DNA of 64,000 nucleotides from Eledone cirrhosa (Eukaryota): NCBI GenBank assembly GCA_964016885.1, contig OZ024740.1, positions 216,628,001 to 216,692,000 of the forward strand. The letters run 5' to 3'. A model generated the notes under the pieces. It worked only from the letters and a program-made list of their open reading frames with translations, was not told the origin of the DNA and searched no databases. Below, one piece after another: positions 25,622 through 40,400 of this stretch. The position numbers and the translations under genes are program-made. How positions within the stretch are numbered: the stretch's first letter is position 1; each line of letters starts with the position of its first letter.

Positions 25622-26045
25622 TTTTGTTAAAGGTATGATGACCTCCCTCATACTGGTGCCAAGATAAAATTCCCCGTAGAGTGCTATGTAAGAGACATGC
25701 TGCCCAACTTCACTCATCTGAGAGATGAGTGGCTTTCATTAAGTACTGACTTGTTCTGGTTGGACCTTTCCAAACTTTGCTAGCAAGGAAAACAGTTTCT
25801 AAATGATGATGATGAAGATGGTGATATTCATCCATCATTTTTTAATGTTGAGTCAGTGTCATGCTACTCTGGAGTTTCACCTATGTCTCTACAAGAACAG
25901 CAGATCAGCTATGCCTGAATGACTCTGTGAACACACCGGGTATATTCCAGAGTAGCAGGACACTGGCTCAGCTGTAATAGTATGATTTGTCTTTATTATG
26001 GTATTGGCTACTTCTTCCCATGACCATCAATATATATATATATAT

Positions 26046-26389
26046 CATCATCATCATCATCATTTCATTTTACGTCTGCTTTTTCCCTGCTTGGAAGGGT
26101 GGGACGGAAACTGATGTTTGCTTGATTTCTACAGCTGGATGCCCTTCCTAACACCAACCTCATTTACAGTGAGTGCTGGGTGCTTTTTTTCCGTGGCACC
26201 TCCATGACCACTTTGCAGTGGAATGATATGGACCCCAGTCCCTATCATCTCATTTCTACAGCTGAGTAAACTGGAGCAATGTGAAATAAAGTGTCTTGCT
26301 CAAGGAAACAATACATCACCTGGTCTGAGAATTGAACTCACAACCTTTCGATTGCAAGGCCAATGTTCTAACCACTAAGCCATGTGCCT
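26046..26389 (-). mobile_element. tRNA-derived SINE with RTE-derived tail, full length
   Basis: Reverse complement of 34441-34761. Confidence 0.9.
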
Positions 26390-26404
26390 CCATATATATA
26401 TATT

Positions 26405-26632
26405 TTTATTTCACATTGCTCCAGTTTACTCAGCTGTAGAAATGAGATGATAGGGACTGGGGTCCATATCATTCCACTGCAAAGTGGTCGTGGAGGTGCC
26501 ACATCAAAAAAGCACCCAGCACTCACTGTAAATGAGGTTGGTGTTAGGAAGGGCATCCAGCTGTAGAAATCAAGCCAGAATCAGTTCCCGTCCCACCCTT
26601 GCAAGCAGGGAAAAAGCGGATGTAAAATGATT
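26405..26632 (+). mobile_element. headless copy of the same SINE, inverted relative to 26046-26389
   Basis: TTTATTTCACATTGCTCCAG...GTTAGGAAGGGCATCCAG...GCGGATGTAAAATGA. Confidence 0.88.
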
Positions 26633-26754
26633 GAATATATATATATATATAAACCTCCATTGAGTCAACCACAACTGGACACTGAAACACTCCTCACTAT
26701 AGGATACTCTAACCCTGAATGAGGGAAACTCGTATACCTTTATATACATATATA

Positions 26755-27052
26755 TACAGTTATTTGTTAGGGTTACGTTCCATAAGCACCCACGAAGAGT
26801 GAAAACCCGCAAATATCAGACGTGCTCCATAAAAATGCCTATAAACATCAAAACAACGTAAAATATAGGCCGGTAAATATGATATATTGTTGTTCATAAT
26901 TTAGCGTTAAAAAGCGTGAAAACATATTGCTATGAAAAAACCTATTAAAAAATTGCGGAAGATCTTTACGATTCCATGAATATGCGATGATTTCCCCGAA
27001 CAATTATTAGTTAGGTTCTAAGGAAAATTCCATGAATAACCAAGACTGTGAA
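26755..27052. mobile_element. possible pogo/Tigger-like DNA transposon remnant
   Basis: TA-CAGT start and GGGTTACGTTCC...CCCGCAAAT motif reminiscent of Tigger ends; no clear matching TIR. Confidence 0.3.
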
Positions 27053-27057
27053 TGATA

Positions 27058-27200
27058 ATAATTTTCTACTTTTGGCACAAGGCCAGCAAATATCACAGTG
27101 CATTACTGGTACTTTATTTTATCGACCCTGTAATGATGAAAGGTAAAGCTAACCTTGGCGGGATTTGAACTCAGAATGTAAAGGGCCATAACTATATACT
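27058..27200 (-). mobile_element. Nin-core SINE, partial
   Basis: Reverse complement of about 705-848. Confidence 0.8.
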
Positions 27201-27377
27201 GGAACGAAGCTGTTGGTCAATTTCTCACTCACTCAATAATTTAATTAAGTAGATATCATTAAGTCAGCAACCTAAGGAAATTAGAGTAGACAGTTATATG
27301 TATATATACACATACACAGACAAACCTCTCTCATAATAGCCTATATATACATGTGTATATATATATATATATATATA

Positions 27378-27768
27378 TCATCATCATCATCACCGTTTTA
27401 CGTCCGATCTTCCACTCTAGCATGGGTTAGATGGGTTGTCCTGCTGTGGGCAATGTTAGGTCGGCTGACCTTGTCTTGCTCATATGGGAACTGATCTGGC
27501 TTGATTTCTACAGCTGGATGCCCTTCCTAACACCAACCTCATTTACAGTGAGTGCTGGGTGCTTTTTTTCCATGGCGCCTACACGTCCACTTTGCAGTGG
27601 AATGATAGGGACCCCAGTCCTATCATCTCATTTCTACAGCTGAGTAAACTGGAGCAATGTGAAATAAAGTGTCTTGCTCAAGGAAACAACACATCACCCT
27701 GTCCGAGAATTGAACTCACCACCTTTCGATTGCGAAGCCCAATGCTCTAACCACTAAGCCATGCGCCT
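27378..27768 (-). mobile_element. tRNA-derived SINE with long RTE tail
   Basis: Head GGCGCATGGCTTAGTGGTTAGAGC, core as in 34441-34761, tail matching 23990-24203. Confidence 0.9.
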
Positions 27769-27816
27769 ATATATATATACAAGACCCCTTATAATGGTAA
27801 TGATACCATTATAAGG

Positions 27817-27901
27817 GGTCTGACGAGCCGTGGATTACAGAGTCGGGCTAGATCGATACAGATCGAACCTTGAGCTGATCAGTGGTGAAATGCGCATCAC
27901 C
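27817..27901 (+). ncRNA. type I hammerhead ribozyme candidate with extended stem II (Penelope-like)
   Basis: GGT-CTGACGA(27820-27826)-[60-nt stem II]-GAAA(27887-27890)-TGCGCA-TC-ACC; stem I GGT/ACC; palindromic stem III; predicted cleavage after C27898; AATAAA at 27906. Confidence 0.7.
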
Positions 27902-28097
27902 AACCAATAAACATAATGGAGTAACCACTCGTCCTTCCTTTATTTTACTATATATATATATATATATATCATCATCACCGTTTTAGGTCTGTTCTTCCAC
28001 GCTACCATGGGTTAGATGGGCAGTGTCCGGTCGGCTGACCTTGTCTTTCTCATACGGGAACTGATTCTGGCTTATATATATATATAACTGATTCTGG

Positions 28098-28186
<89 letters not shown>

Positions 28187-28492
28187 GAGGTGATTCAGTG
28201 AATTACTGGTGGTAGTACCAAAACAAGTACTCTATGCACAGGGTGTATATATTAAAAAAAAAACGTTTGAAGTTTCGTTTACATGTATCTGGATTTGTAT
28301 TGTTTATTGACCTGTTATGTGAGTTTCACAGACTATTGGTTCAGGGTCAAATAGATATATAGGGTCTGCAGTACTGAGACCAAGGAGACCAATAATCATG
28401 GGAGATGTAGAATAGGTATAGTGAGAGGTATAATCCCAACCATGATACCAAGCAGTTTCCACTGGTGTCATGGTTGGGATGATTATACCTCA

Positions 28493-28533
28493 GTCTCTCT
28501 CTCTCTCCCTCTCTCTCTCTCTCTCTCCCTCTC

Positions 28534-28567
<34 letters not shown>

Positions 28568-28615
28568 CCTCTCTCTCTCCCCCTCCCTCTCTCTCTCTCT
28601 CCCCCTCCCTCTCTC

Positions 28616-28702
<87 letters not shown>
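28493..28702. repeat. (CT)n microsatellite
   Basis: Seen directly. Confidence 0.97.
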
Positions 28703-28706
<4 letters not shown>

Positions 28707-28833
28707 GTGGGGTGTGTGGGAGCATATTGTATATAATATGCTTAAGCTTGTACCCATGGGAGGTCGGGTACTCTATATTACTGCGTGACGCCAGAGGTCA
28801 CGGTCATGTGTCATTACCTTTGAGAGGTGTAAT
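28703..28833 (-). mobile_element. inverted RTE 3' fragment
   Basis: Reverse complement of 29320-29447. Confidence 0.85.
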
Positions 28834-28837
28834 ATAT

Positions 28838-29106
28838 ATATCTATCTATCTATCTAAGGCGGGTAAAATTCCCGAGATCCATGGACGAGTTCTCTCCAGC
28901 GGTCTCTGTCCCTCATTATCGCTGCCATATCCTGCATCTCCAACAGACCAGTGTCTGTCCTTAGGGCATCAACATATGTTAACCTTGGTCTTCCTCTTCT
29001 AGTGTGTCCATGTAGGGGCTCCCAAAGGAGCACTGAGTGCAATGTCAACTCTGGATGTCGGTGAGCATGTCCAGCCAACCTCAGTCTCCTCTGTGTCACT
29101 TTTGAG

Positions 29107-29108
<2 letters not shown>
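28838..29108 (-). mobile_element. 3' end of a third RTE-like LINE family
   Basis: Open frame [15 protein letters not shown]...[23 protein letters not shown]...MRDRDRWR, stop, (TAGA)n tail. Confidence 0.85.
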
Positions 29109-29179
<71 letters not shown>

Positions 29180-29193
29180 TATATATATATATA

Positions 29194-29252
<59 letters not shown>

Positions 29253-29319
29253 TATATATATATATATATATATATGTATATTATATATATATATATGATA
29301 TATATATATATATATATAT

Positions 29320-29873
<554 letters not shown>

Positions 29874-29878
29874 GTATA

Positions 29879-29909
<31 letters not shown>

Positions 29910-29990
29910 TATACATATATATACATATATATATATATATGTATATATATATATGTGTATATATATATATATATATATACATATATATAC

Positions 29991-30078
<88 letters not shown>

Positions 30079-30095
30079 TATATACATATATATAC

Positions 30096-30177
<82 letters not shown>

Positions 30178-30178
30178 C

Positions 30179-30256
<78 letters not shown>

Positions 30257-30257
30257 G

Positions 30258-30322
<65 letters not shown>

Positions 30323-30992
30323 GTATATACATATATATATATGTATATATATATATACATATATATATATGTATATATATATATACATATATATATATGT
30401 ATATATATATATACATATATATATATGTATATATATATACATATATATATATGTATATATATATATACATATATATATATGTATATATATATATACATAT
30501 ATATATATGTATATATATATACATATATATACATATATATATATATATACACATTATATATATAATATAATATAACTTAGAGTTTACACTCAATGGGGTC
30601 ATTTACAATTATTTTAGCTCTAAGAATCACTTCTGAGCAGTATAAATTAATATATGATAAACATTTACATGTTTTTGTTGTAATTGACAATAAAATAGCT
30701 AGAATGAAATATCTTAATTCAAATACATATAGTCTGCCTGTGTCGATCTAAAAAATAATAAATCACAAACACATATGGGCAAAAGGCCTTGGTACCTAGA
30801 CACGTTTAAATTTCAAAATACAAACTTTTACCCGCAGATCAGTCCGAACTTCAAAATTTAAACATATTTCACAAAGGATGGTATAATAGTGAAATAATTA
30901 ATTAATTAGTAGTGAGTTAATTAATTTTCTAAAACATGTAAATGTTTATCATATATTAATATATATATATATATACATATATATACATATAC

Positions 30993-31150
<158 letters not shown>

Positions 31151-31257
31151 GTATGTATATATATATGTATGTATATATATATGTATGTATATATATATAT
31201 ATGTATGTATATATATATATGTATGTATATATGTATGTATATATATATGTATACATA

Positions 31258-31292
<35 letters not shown>

Positions 31293-31303
31293 GTATATAT
31301 ATG

Positions 31304-31337
<34 letters not shown>

Positions 31338-31729
31338 CGTATATGTATATATATGTATATATATATATATATAAAAGTAGCGAAACAAACGGTTATTAAA
31401 CAATTGTATTATAAACAACTTGAATATTTCTACAAGTACATTGTACCTGTTGAGGTATCCATCCACTTCTATATATATATATATGTATATATATATACGT
31501 ATATGTATATATATGTATATATATGTATATATATGTATGTATATATATATGTATATATATGTATATATATGTATATATATGTATATATATGTATGTATAT
31601 ATATATGTATATATATGTATATATATGTATGTATATATATATATGTATATATATGTATATATATGTATGTATATATATGTATATATATATGTATATATAT
31701 GTATGTATATATATATATGTATATATATG

Positions 31730-31767
<38 letters not shown>

Positions 31768-31775
31768 TGTATATA

Positions 31776-31851
<76 letters not shown>

Positions 31852-31907
31852 CATATATATACATATATATATATATATACATATATATACGTATATATAT
31901 ATACACA

Positions 31908-31980
<73 letters not shown>

Positions 31981-32049
31981 GTATATATATATATGTATAT
32001 ATATATATGTATATATATGTATATATATGTATGTATATATATATGTATG

Positions 32050-32120
<71 letters not shown>

Positions 32121-32367
32121 CATCATCATCATCATCATCAACGTTTAACGTCCGTGTTCCACGCTTGCATGGGTTTGGACGGGGGTAGTCCCACTTGAGG
32201 CAAGAGTGATTGTCTTGCTCGCATAGGACTGTCTGGCAGGTTTTCTACAGTTGGATGCCCTTCCTAACACCAACCACATTTACAGTGTGGGTCTGGGAGG
32301 TTTTTACCGTGTTGCCTACACGGCCACATTACAGCGTGGACTGTGTGTTTTTTTGTCGTGACCCCTA
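32121..32367 (-). mobile_element. RTE 3' UTR fragment
   Basis: Matches 10175-10389; near-identical inverted copy of 34141-34388. Confidence 0.9.
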
Positions 32368-32370
32368 ATA

Positions 32371-32406
<36 letters not shown>

Positions 32407-32503
32407 CATATATACATATACATATATACATATATATATATATACATATATATACATATATACATATACATATATACATATATATATATATACATATATA
32501 TAC

Positions 32504-32637
<134 letters not shown>

Positions 32638-32639
32638 GT

Positions 32640-33169
32640 AGATAAATCTACCAAAAGTTTACGGTAGTGTCCAATCCGTATGAAGAACTCAATGTAATCC
32701 GGATATCATGAAAAGAGAAGATGCATTCAAAAACTACTTTCGGTGAAAAATAAACGGAAAACAGAGTCAAGATAAATTATTAAAAAAATAATGAATAAAC
32801 AAAGAAACAGTTCCTTATATAAAAAAAAATTCATTATTTTACGATCGTTTCTCGGATATATATGTGTTAGAATTGGTATGCATATTCTATAGATCTATGT
32901 ACAATATTTATACAAACTATCAGAGGGAATATACATACCTTCACATATATATGCTGTCTTCAGAAATAATGATTATTTCTGAAGCCAGCATATATATGTG
33001 AAGGTATGTATATTCCCTCTGATAGTTTGTATAAATATTGTACATAGATCTATAGAATATGCATACCAATTCTAACACATATATATCCGAGAAACGATCG
33101 TAAAATAATGAATTTTTTTTTATATAAGGAACTGTTTCTTTGTTTATTCATTATTTTTTAATAATTTAT
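32640..33169. mobile_element. Penelope-like element remnant forming a 398-bp near-perfect palindrome (32772-33169)
   Basis: Arms of about 199 bp around the single base G32971, differing by very few positions; the left arm continues to 32640; both ends abut (TA)n. Confidence 0.8.
32833..32970 (-). ncRNA. type I hammerhead ribozyme candidate with about 105-nt stem II
   Basis: Minus strand ATTATTT-CTGAAGA-[long hairpin]-GAAA-CGATCG-TA-AAATAAT; 7-bp stem I, palindromic stem III, GUA triplet. The base of stem II is mismatched. The mirror copy at 32972-33109 has CTGAAGC. Confidence 0.6.
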
Positions 33170-33170
33170 A

Positions 33171-33310
<140 letters not shown>

Positions 33311-33311
33311 C

Positions 33312-33396
<85 letters not shown>

Positions 33397-33509
33397 CACA
33401 TATATATATATATATACATATATATACATATATATATATATATATATGACCCTCCCAAAGTATAACAATATATATATATATATATACATATACACATATA
33501 TATATATAT

Positions 33510-33548
<39 letters not shown>

Positions 33549-33587
33549 TATATATATATACACATATATATATATATATATATACAC

Positions 33588-33618
<31 letters not shown>

Positions 33619-33683
33619 TATATATATATATATACACATATATATATATATATATACACATATATATATATATATATATACAC

Positions 33684-33714
<31 letters not shown>

Positions 33715-33723
33715 TATATATAT

Positions 33724-33764
<41 letters not shown>

Positions 33765-33797
33765 TATATATATATACACATATATATATATATATAT

Positions 33798-33849
<52 letters not shown>

Positions 33850-33956
33850 GTATATATATGTATATATATATGTATATATATGTATATATATGTATATATA
33901 TATATGTACATATATATGTATATATATATATGTATATATATATGTATATATATATG

Positions 33957-34008
<52 letters not shown>

Positions 34009-34037
34009 TACATATATATATACATATATATATATAC

Positions 34038-34127
<90 letters not shown>

Positions 34128-34131
<4 letters not shown>

Positions 34132-34387
34132 GAGATCGTGTAGGTGTCACGACAAAAAAACACACAGTCCACGCTGTAATGTGGTCGTGTAGGCAACACA
34201 GTAAAAACCTCCCAGACCCACACTGTAAATGTGGTTGGTGTTAGGAAGGGCATCCAACTGTAGAAAACCTGCCAGACAGTCCTATGCGAGCAAGACAATC
34301 ACTCTTGCCTCAAGTGGGACTACCCCCGTCCAAACCCATGCAAGCGTGGAACACGGACGTTAAACGTTGATGATGATGATGATGATG

Positions 34388-34389
<2 letters not shown>
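34128..34389 (+). mobile_element. RTE 3' UTR fragment
   Basis: Matches 10165-10389; (GAT)n tail. Confidence 0.9.
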
Positions 34390-34440
<51 letters not shown>

Positions 34441-34761
34441 CATGGCTTAGTGGTTAGAGCATTGGTCTTGCAATCGAAAGGTTGTGAGTTCAATTCTCAG
34501 ACCGGGTGATGTGTTGTTTCCTTGAGCAAGACACTTTATTTCACATTGCTCCAGTTTACTCAGCTGTAGGAATGAGATGATAGGGACTGGGGTCCATATC
34601 ATTCCACTGCAAAGTGGTTGTGGAGGTGCCACGCAAAAAAGCACCCAGCACTCACTGTAAATGAGGTTGGTGTTAGGAAGGGCATCCGGCTGTAGAAATC
34701 AAGCCAGAATCAGTTCCAGTCCCACCCTTGCAAGCGGAGGTAAAATGAAATGATGATGATA
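34441..34761 (+). mobile_element. tRNA-derived SINE with RTE-derived tail, full length
   Basis: A box TGGCTTAGTGG, B box GTTCAATTC, core CCTTGAGCAAGACACTTTATTTCACATTGCTCCAG, tail CCACTGCAAAGTGG...GTTAGGAAGGGCATCC shared with the RTE LINE 3' UTR. Confidence 0.9.
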
Positions 34762-34937
34762 GATATATATGTGTGTATGTGTGTATGTGTATGTACATAC
34801 ACATACACCCTACCCTAATTTTATCACTGTAGATAAATAACATCACTTTTCTTCTCAGTGATGATAGCAACTACTTGGGACTTTATGTAGATGTAACACT
34901 TCACTGCTGTTGGTCTACCACTTCTCTCTCTCTCTCA

Positions 34938-35006
<69 letters not shown>

Positions 35007-35490
35007 TCTCTCTCTCTCCCTCTCTCTCTTAGTCTCTCCCTCTCATCTCTCTCCCTTACTCTCTCTCTCTCTCCTCTCTCCCTTAGTCTCTCTCTCTCAT
35101 CTCTCTCCCTTACTCTTTCTCTCTCATCTCTCTCCCTTACTCTCTTATCTATCTCTCAACTACCTCTCTTAGTCTCTCTCTCTCTCTTATCTCTTTCTCT
35201 CATCTATCTATTTTAGTCACCTTTTCTAGTCTTTCTCTCTTCATCTTTCTTATAACCTCTCTCTTTTGTGTATCTCCACCTCATCTACCTTTTCTCTCTC
35301 ACTACAATAGTAACTGACCTCCCCCTCCTCCTTCTCACCCCATCATTCTTCCACTTGATTGGTTGGTTTTAGTTCCAGACCAACTTACCTATTGCCATCT
35401 TCTCTAGTAGACATTATATACATTAGCACTTAACTCTCAACTGACCTATATCTTTACACTGAAGGCATGTTACCCCCCTCTCCCTCTCTT

Positions 35491-35524
<34 letters not shown>

Positions 35525-35615
35525 TTTAGGCATGTTACCACCTCTCTCTCTCTCTCTTTATATATATGTATATACATATATTTAGGCATGTTACCACCCC
35601 CTCTCTCTCTCTCTC

Positions 35616-35664
<49 letters not shown>

Positions 35665-36199
35665 ACACATACCTCTGCACCACCTTTGCCTTAACCCCCT
35701 CCTACTCCCTCTATCTCTACCTCCATATACCACTACCACCACCATCCTTCTCCTACATCACCACACCTACTGTACTTTCTCCTCTCATGTCATCCTATCC
35801 CTCTTCCCTCCCACCATCGCTCAACTCTCACATTCAATTTTCATTCAATCTCTCTTCAGTTCTCCCTCCAACCATCATCCAATATACCAAACTTTTTTCA
35901 TGTAAAAAAATATAGTTTTCATTCACTCCTCTCCCCCATTTTACTCTCTTTCTCTCACACCCTCCACCCACTACTCATCACCCTTTTTATCATCCATTAC
36001 CACCCTCCACCACTTCTGCACCCCCTCACACCATTACTCCACTTATTGCCCTTTTCTCTGATCTTCTTATTTCTTTTCTTTACATTTTTCTTTTATATTT
36101 ATTTCTTTAGCTTTATTCTCTTTTCTCCTATTTTTTTTACTGTTTTTCTCTCATAAAACTCCCCCATTCAGTCCTGTTTTGTCCCTCTATCACTTCCCC

Positions 36200-36845
36200 C
36201 AAGATATAATACATAATGCACCCATTATCATGCCACTAGAGAACAGGTCAGCTCCCCAGACATCCACTCTCAACCACATAATGAGAACCAGCTTCCTGTC
36301 AGAACTGGGACCACTAGGCCTTGATCATGTTGACAGTGAGTGCCACCATGGAATTACCCTCTTCCCTTTCAAAGAAGGTAAATCCCTCATCTGGGACAGA
36401 CATGCTGTGACATGTTCTCCGCCTCCAATTTAATCATCTCCACCAGGAAACCCAGTGACTGTGGCCATGCAATTCAGAGGACAGGAAGACAAGCAAATAC
36501 CGGAGCTCGTCTGACTGCTTCTTCTTTGCACCGGTCACTGTCCAGACCCCAGGTGTCCTCATACCTTGGATAGCTGATCTCCGTAAAATCGGATTGATAG
36601 CAGCCTCTCTGGGGAAGGAGCCCTGGGAGGTGGGGTGGCTGTTGTAGCATGTGTCACTGGTCATTGTCCGCAGAAATACCTTTGCCATTTTGTCCAAAAG
36701 GTGCAGCCGAAACACCGCTCTGACCTAGGTATAGAGTATGCCATACTCTCCTCTTCCCCTCATTTTCCTCTCGTTTATGGCATTTATAGTCCTTTCCAAT
36801 GCTTACTCTCTTTTTCTGTATGTTTAACCAAATAAAATTGACATT
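36200..36845 (+). pseudogene. decayed C-terminus of a restriction-like-endonuclease non-LTR retrotransposon (CRE/NeSL-type)
   Basis: Across frameshifts: LNHI...GPLGL.....CHHGITLFPFKEGKSLIWD, then RK..KYRS...FFFAPV.VQT.GV, then WLL.HVSLVIVR.N.FAIL, resembling the PDG.T..P...GK.L.WD / FxPxAxET.G / SxAIxRGN blocks of RLE domains; AATAAA near 36831. Confidence 0.65.
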
Positions 36846-37487
36846 ATACATATTTCTGGGTTTATTCTCAGTGTGCTGCACCTTAGGCAAGTTTCTTCTA
36901 TGATAGCCACAGATTAACTAATGCTCTGTGAGTGAAATTTGGTAAACAGAAATTGCAAAAGTCCATCATGTGTGTGTGTGTGTGTACATGTATGTGTCCA
37001 TATCCCACCCACAACTTTGCAGTTCAACAACAAAACCAATAAAGTAATTTGAAATAAAATATTACTGGTGTTGCCTCTGATCAACTAAAGGATTTGCTAC
37101 AGCATGACCACAGTCTAATGTCTGCAACTGGTGTAAGAATGTGTGTATGTGTGGTGGGTAGTTGACAAGATGGATCATCACCATCATAATGTAATGTTCA
37201 TTTTCCCTGCTCACAAGGTTTTAATGGTCCACCACAGACAGGAGTAGTACTCAAGAGGGGCTACTGACCTCCCAAACAGGACGTTTGGGAGGTTAGTGCA
37301 TTTTATTGTGGGCCATGATAAAATGCAATCATCCAACGCTTGCTAGCAGGAAAAATGGATGTTAAATGATGATGAGGATACCTCTAAAGTGGTTGGCATT
37401 AGGAAGGACAGCTATGGAAAGCCTGTCTAAATATAGAATGTATGAACAACATATGGTCTCTTGGATATATCTAGTCTCTGAATGTAA

Positions 37488-40400
37488 ACATCTAATGTAA
37501 TACACACATATCTAATGTAATACACACACACATCTAATGTAATAAACACATATCTAATGTAATACACACACACATCTAATGTAATAAACACATATCTAAT
37601 GTAATACACACACACATCTAATGTAATAAACACATATCTAATGTAATACACACACACATCTAATGTAATAAACACATATCTAATGTAATACACACATCTA
37701 ATGTAATAAACACATATCTAATGTAATACACACACACATCTAATGTAATACACACACATCTAATGTAATACACACACACATCTAATGTAATAAACACATA
37801 TCTAATGTAATACACACACACATCTAATGTAATAAACACATATCTAATGTAATACACACACACATCTAATGTAATAAACACATATCTAATGTAATACACA
37901 CACACATCTAATGTAATACACACACATCTAATGTAATACACACACACATCTAATGTAATAAACACATATCTAATGTAATACACACACACATCTAATGTAA
38001 TAAACACATATCTAATGTAATACACACACACATCTAATGTAATAAACACATATCTAATGTAATACACACACACATCTAATGTAATACACACACATCTAAT
38101 GTAATAAACACATATCTAATGTAATACACACACATCTAATGTAATACACACACATCTAATGTAATACACACACATCTAATGTAATACACACACATCTAAT
38201 GTAATACACACACACACATATCTAATGTAATACACACACACATCTAATGTAATAAACACATATCTAATGTAATACACACACATCTAATGAAATACACACA
38301 CACACACATATCTAATGTAATACACACACACATCTAATGTAATATACACATATCTAATGTAATACACACACACATCTAATGTAATAAACACACATCTAAT
38401 GTAATACACACACATCTAATGTAATATACACACACACATCTAATGTAATACACACACACATATCTAATGTAATACATACACACATCTAATGTAATACACA
38501 CACATCTAATGTAATACACACACATCTAATGTAATACACATATATCTAATGTAATACACACACATCTCATGTAATATACACACATCTAATGTAATACACA
38601 CACATCTAATGTAATACATACATATGTAATGTAATAAACACAGATATCTAATGTAATACACACATCTAATGTAATATACACACACATCTAATGTAATACA
38701 CACATATCTAATGTAATACACACATCTAATGTAATACACACATATCTAATGTAATACACACATATCTAATGTAATACACACACATCTAATGTAATACACA
38801 CACATCTAATGTAATACACACACATCTAATGTAATACACACATATCTAATGTAATACACACATATCTAATGTAATACACATATATCTAATGTAATACACA
38901 CACATCTAATGTAATTACACATATCTAATGTAATACACACACCTAATGTAATACACACACATCTAATGTAATACACACAGATCTAATGTAATACACACAT
39001 ATCTAATGTAATACATACACATCTAATGTAATACACACATATCTAATGTAATATACACATATCTAATGTAATACACACACATCTAATATAATATACACAC
39101 ATCTAATGTAATACACACACATATCTAATGTAATACACACACATCTAATATAATATACACATATCTAATGTAATACACACACATCTAATGTAATACACAC
39201 ATATCTAATGTAATACACACTCATCTAATGTAATATACACACACACATCTAATGTAATACACACACACCTAATGTAATATACACACACCTAATGTAATAT
39301 ACACACATCTAATGTAATATACACATATCTAATGTAATACACACACATCTAATGTAATACACACATATCTAATGTAATACACACATATCTAATGTAATAC
39401 ACACATATCTAATGTAATATACACATATGTAATGTAATACACACACATCTAATGTAATACACACATATCTAATGTAATATACACACATATCTAATGTAAT
39501 ATACACACATCTAATGTAATATACACATATCTAATGTAATACACACAAATCTAATGTAATACACACATATCTAATGTAATACACACACATCTAATATAAT
39601 ACACACACATCTAATGTAATACACACACATATCTAATGTAATACACACACATCTAATGTAATACACACACATCTAATGTAATACACACACATCTAATGTA
39701 ATACACACACACACATCTAATGTAATACACACACACCTAATGTAATACACACACATCTAATGTAATACACACACACATCTAATGTAATACACACACACCT
39801 AATGTAATATACACACATCTAATGTAATACACATACATCTAATGTAATACACACATATCTAATGTAATTCACACACATCTAATGTAATACACACATATCT
39901 AATGTAATATACACATCTAATGTAATACACACACATCTAATGTAATACACACACACCTAATGTAATACACACACATCTAATGTAATACACACACATCTAA
40001 TGTAATACACACACACATCTAATGTAATACACACACACCTAATGTAATACACACACATCTAATGTAATACACACACACATCTAATGTAATACACACACAC
40101 CTAATGTAATACACACACACCTAATGTAATACACACACATCTAATGTAATACACATACATCTAATGTAATACACACATATCTAATGTAATTCACACACAT
40201 CTAATGTAATACACACATATCTAATGTAATATACACATATGTAATGTAATACACACACATCTAATGTAATACACACACATCTAATGTAATACACACACAC
40301 CTAATGTAATACACACATATCTAATGTAATACATACACATCTAATGTAATACACATATCTAATGTAATACACACACACATCTAATGTAATACACACACAT

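Noticed and set aside
34441-34510. tRNA gene
   Set aside because: A and B boxes are present, but there is no complete cloverleaf and the sequence runs into a SINE core and LINE tail; multiple copies in the window.
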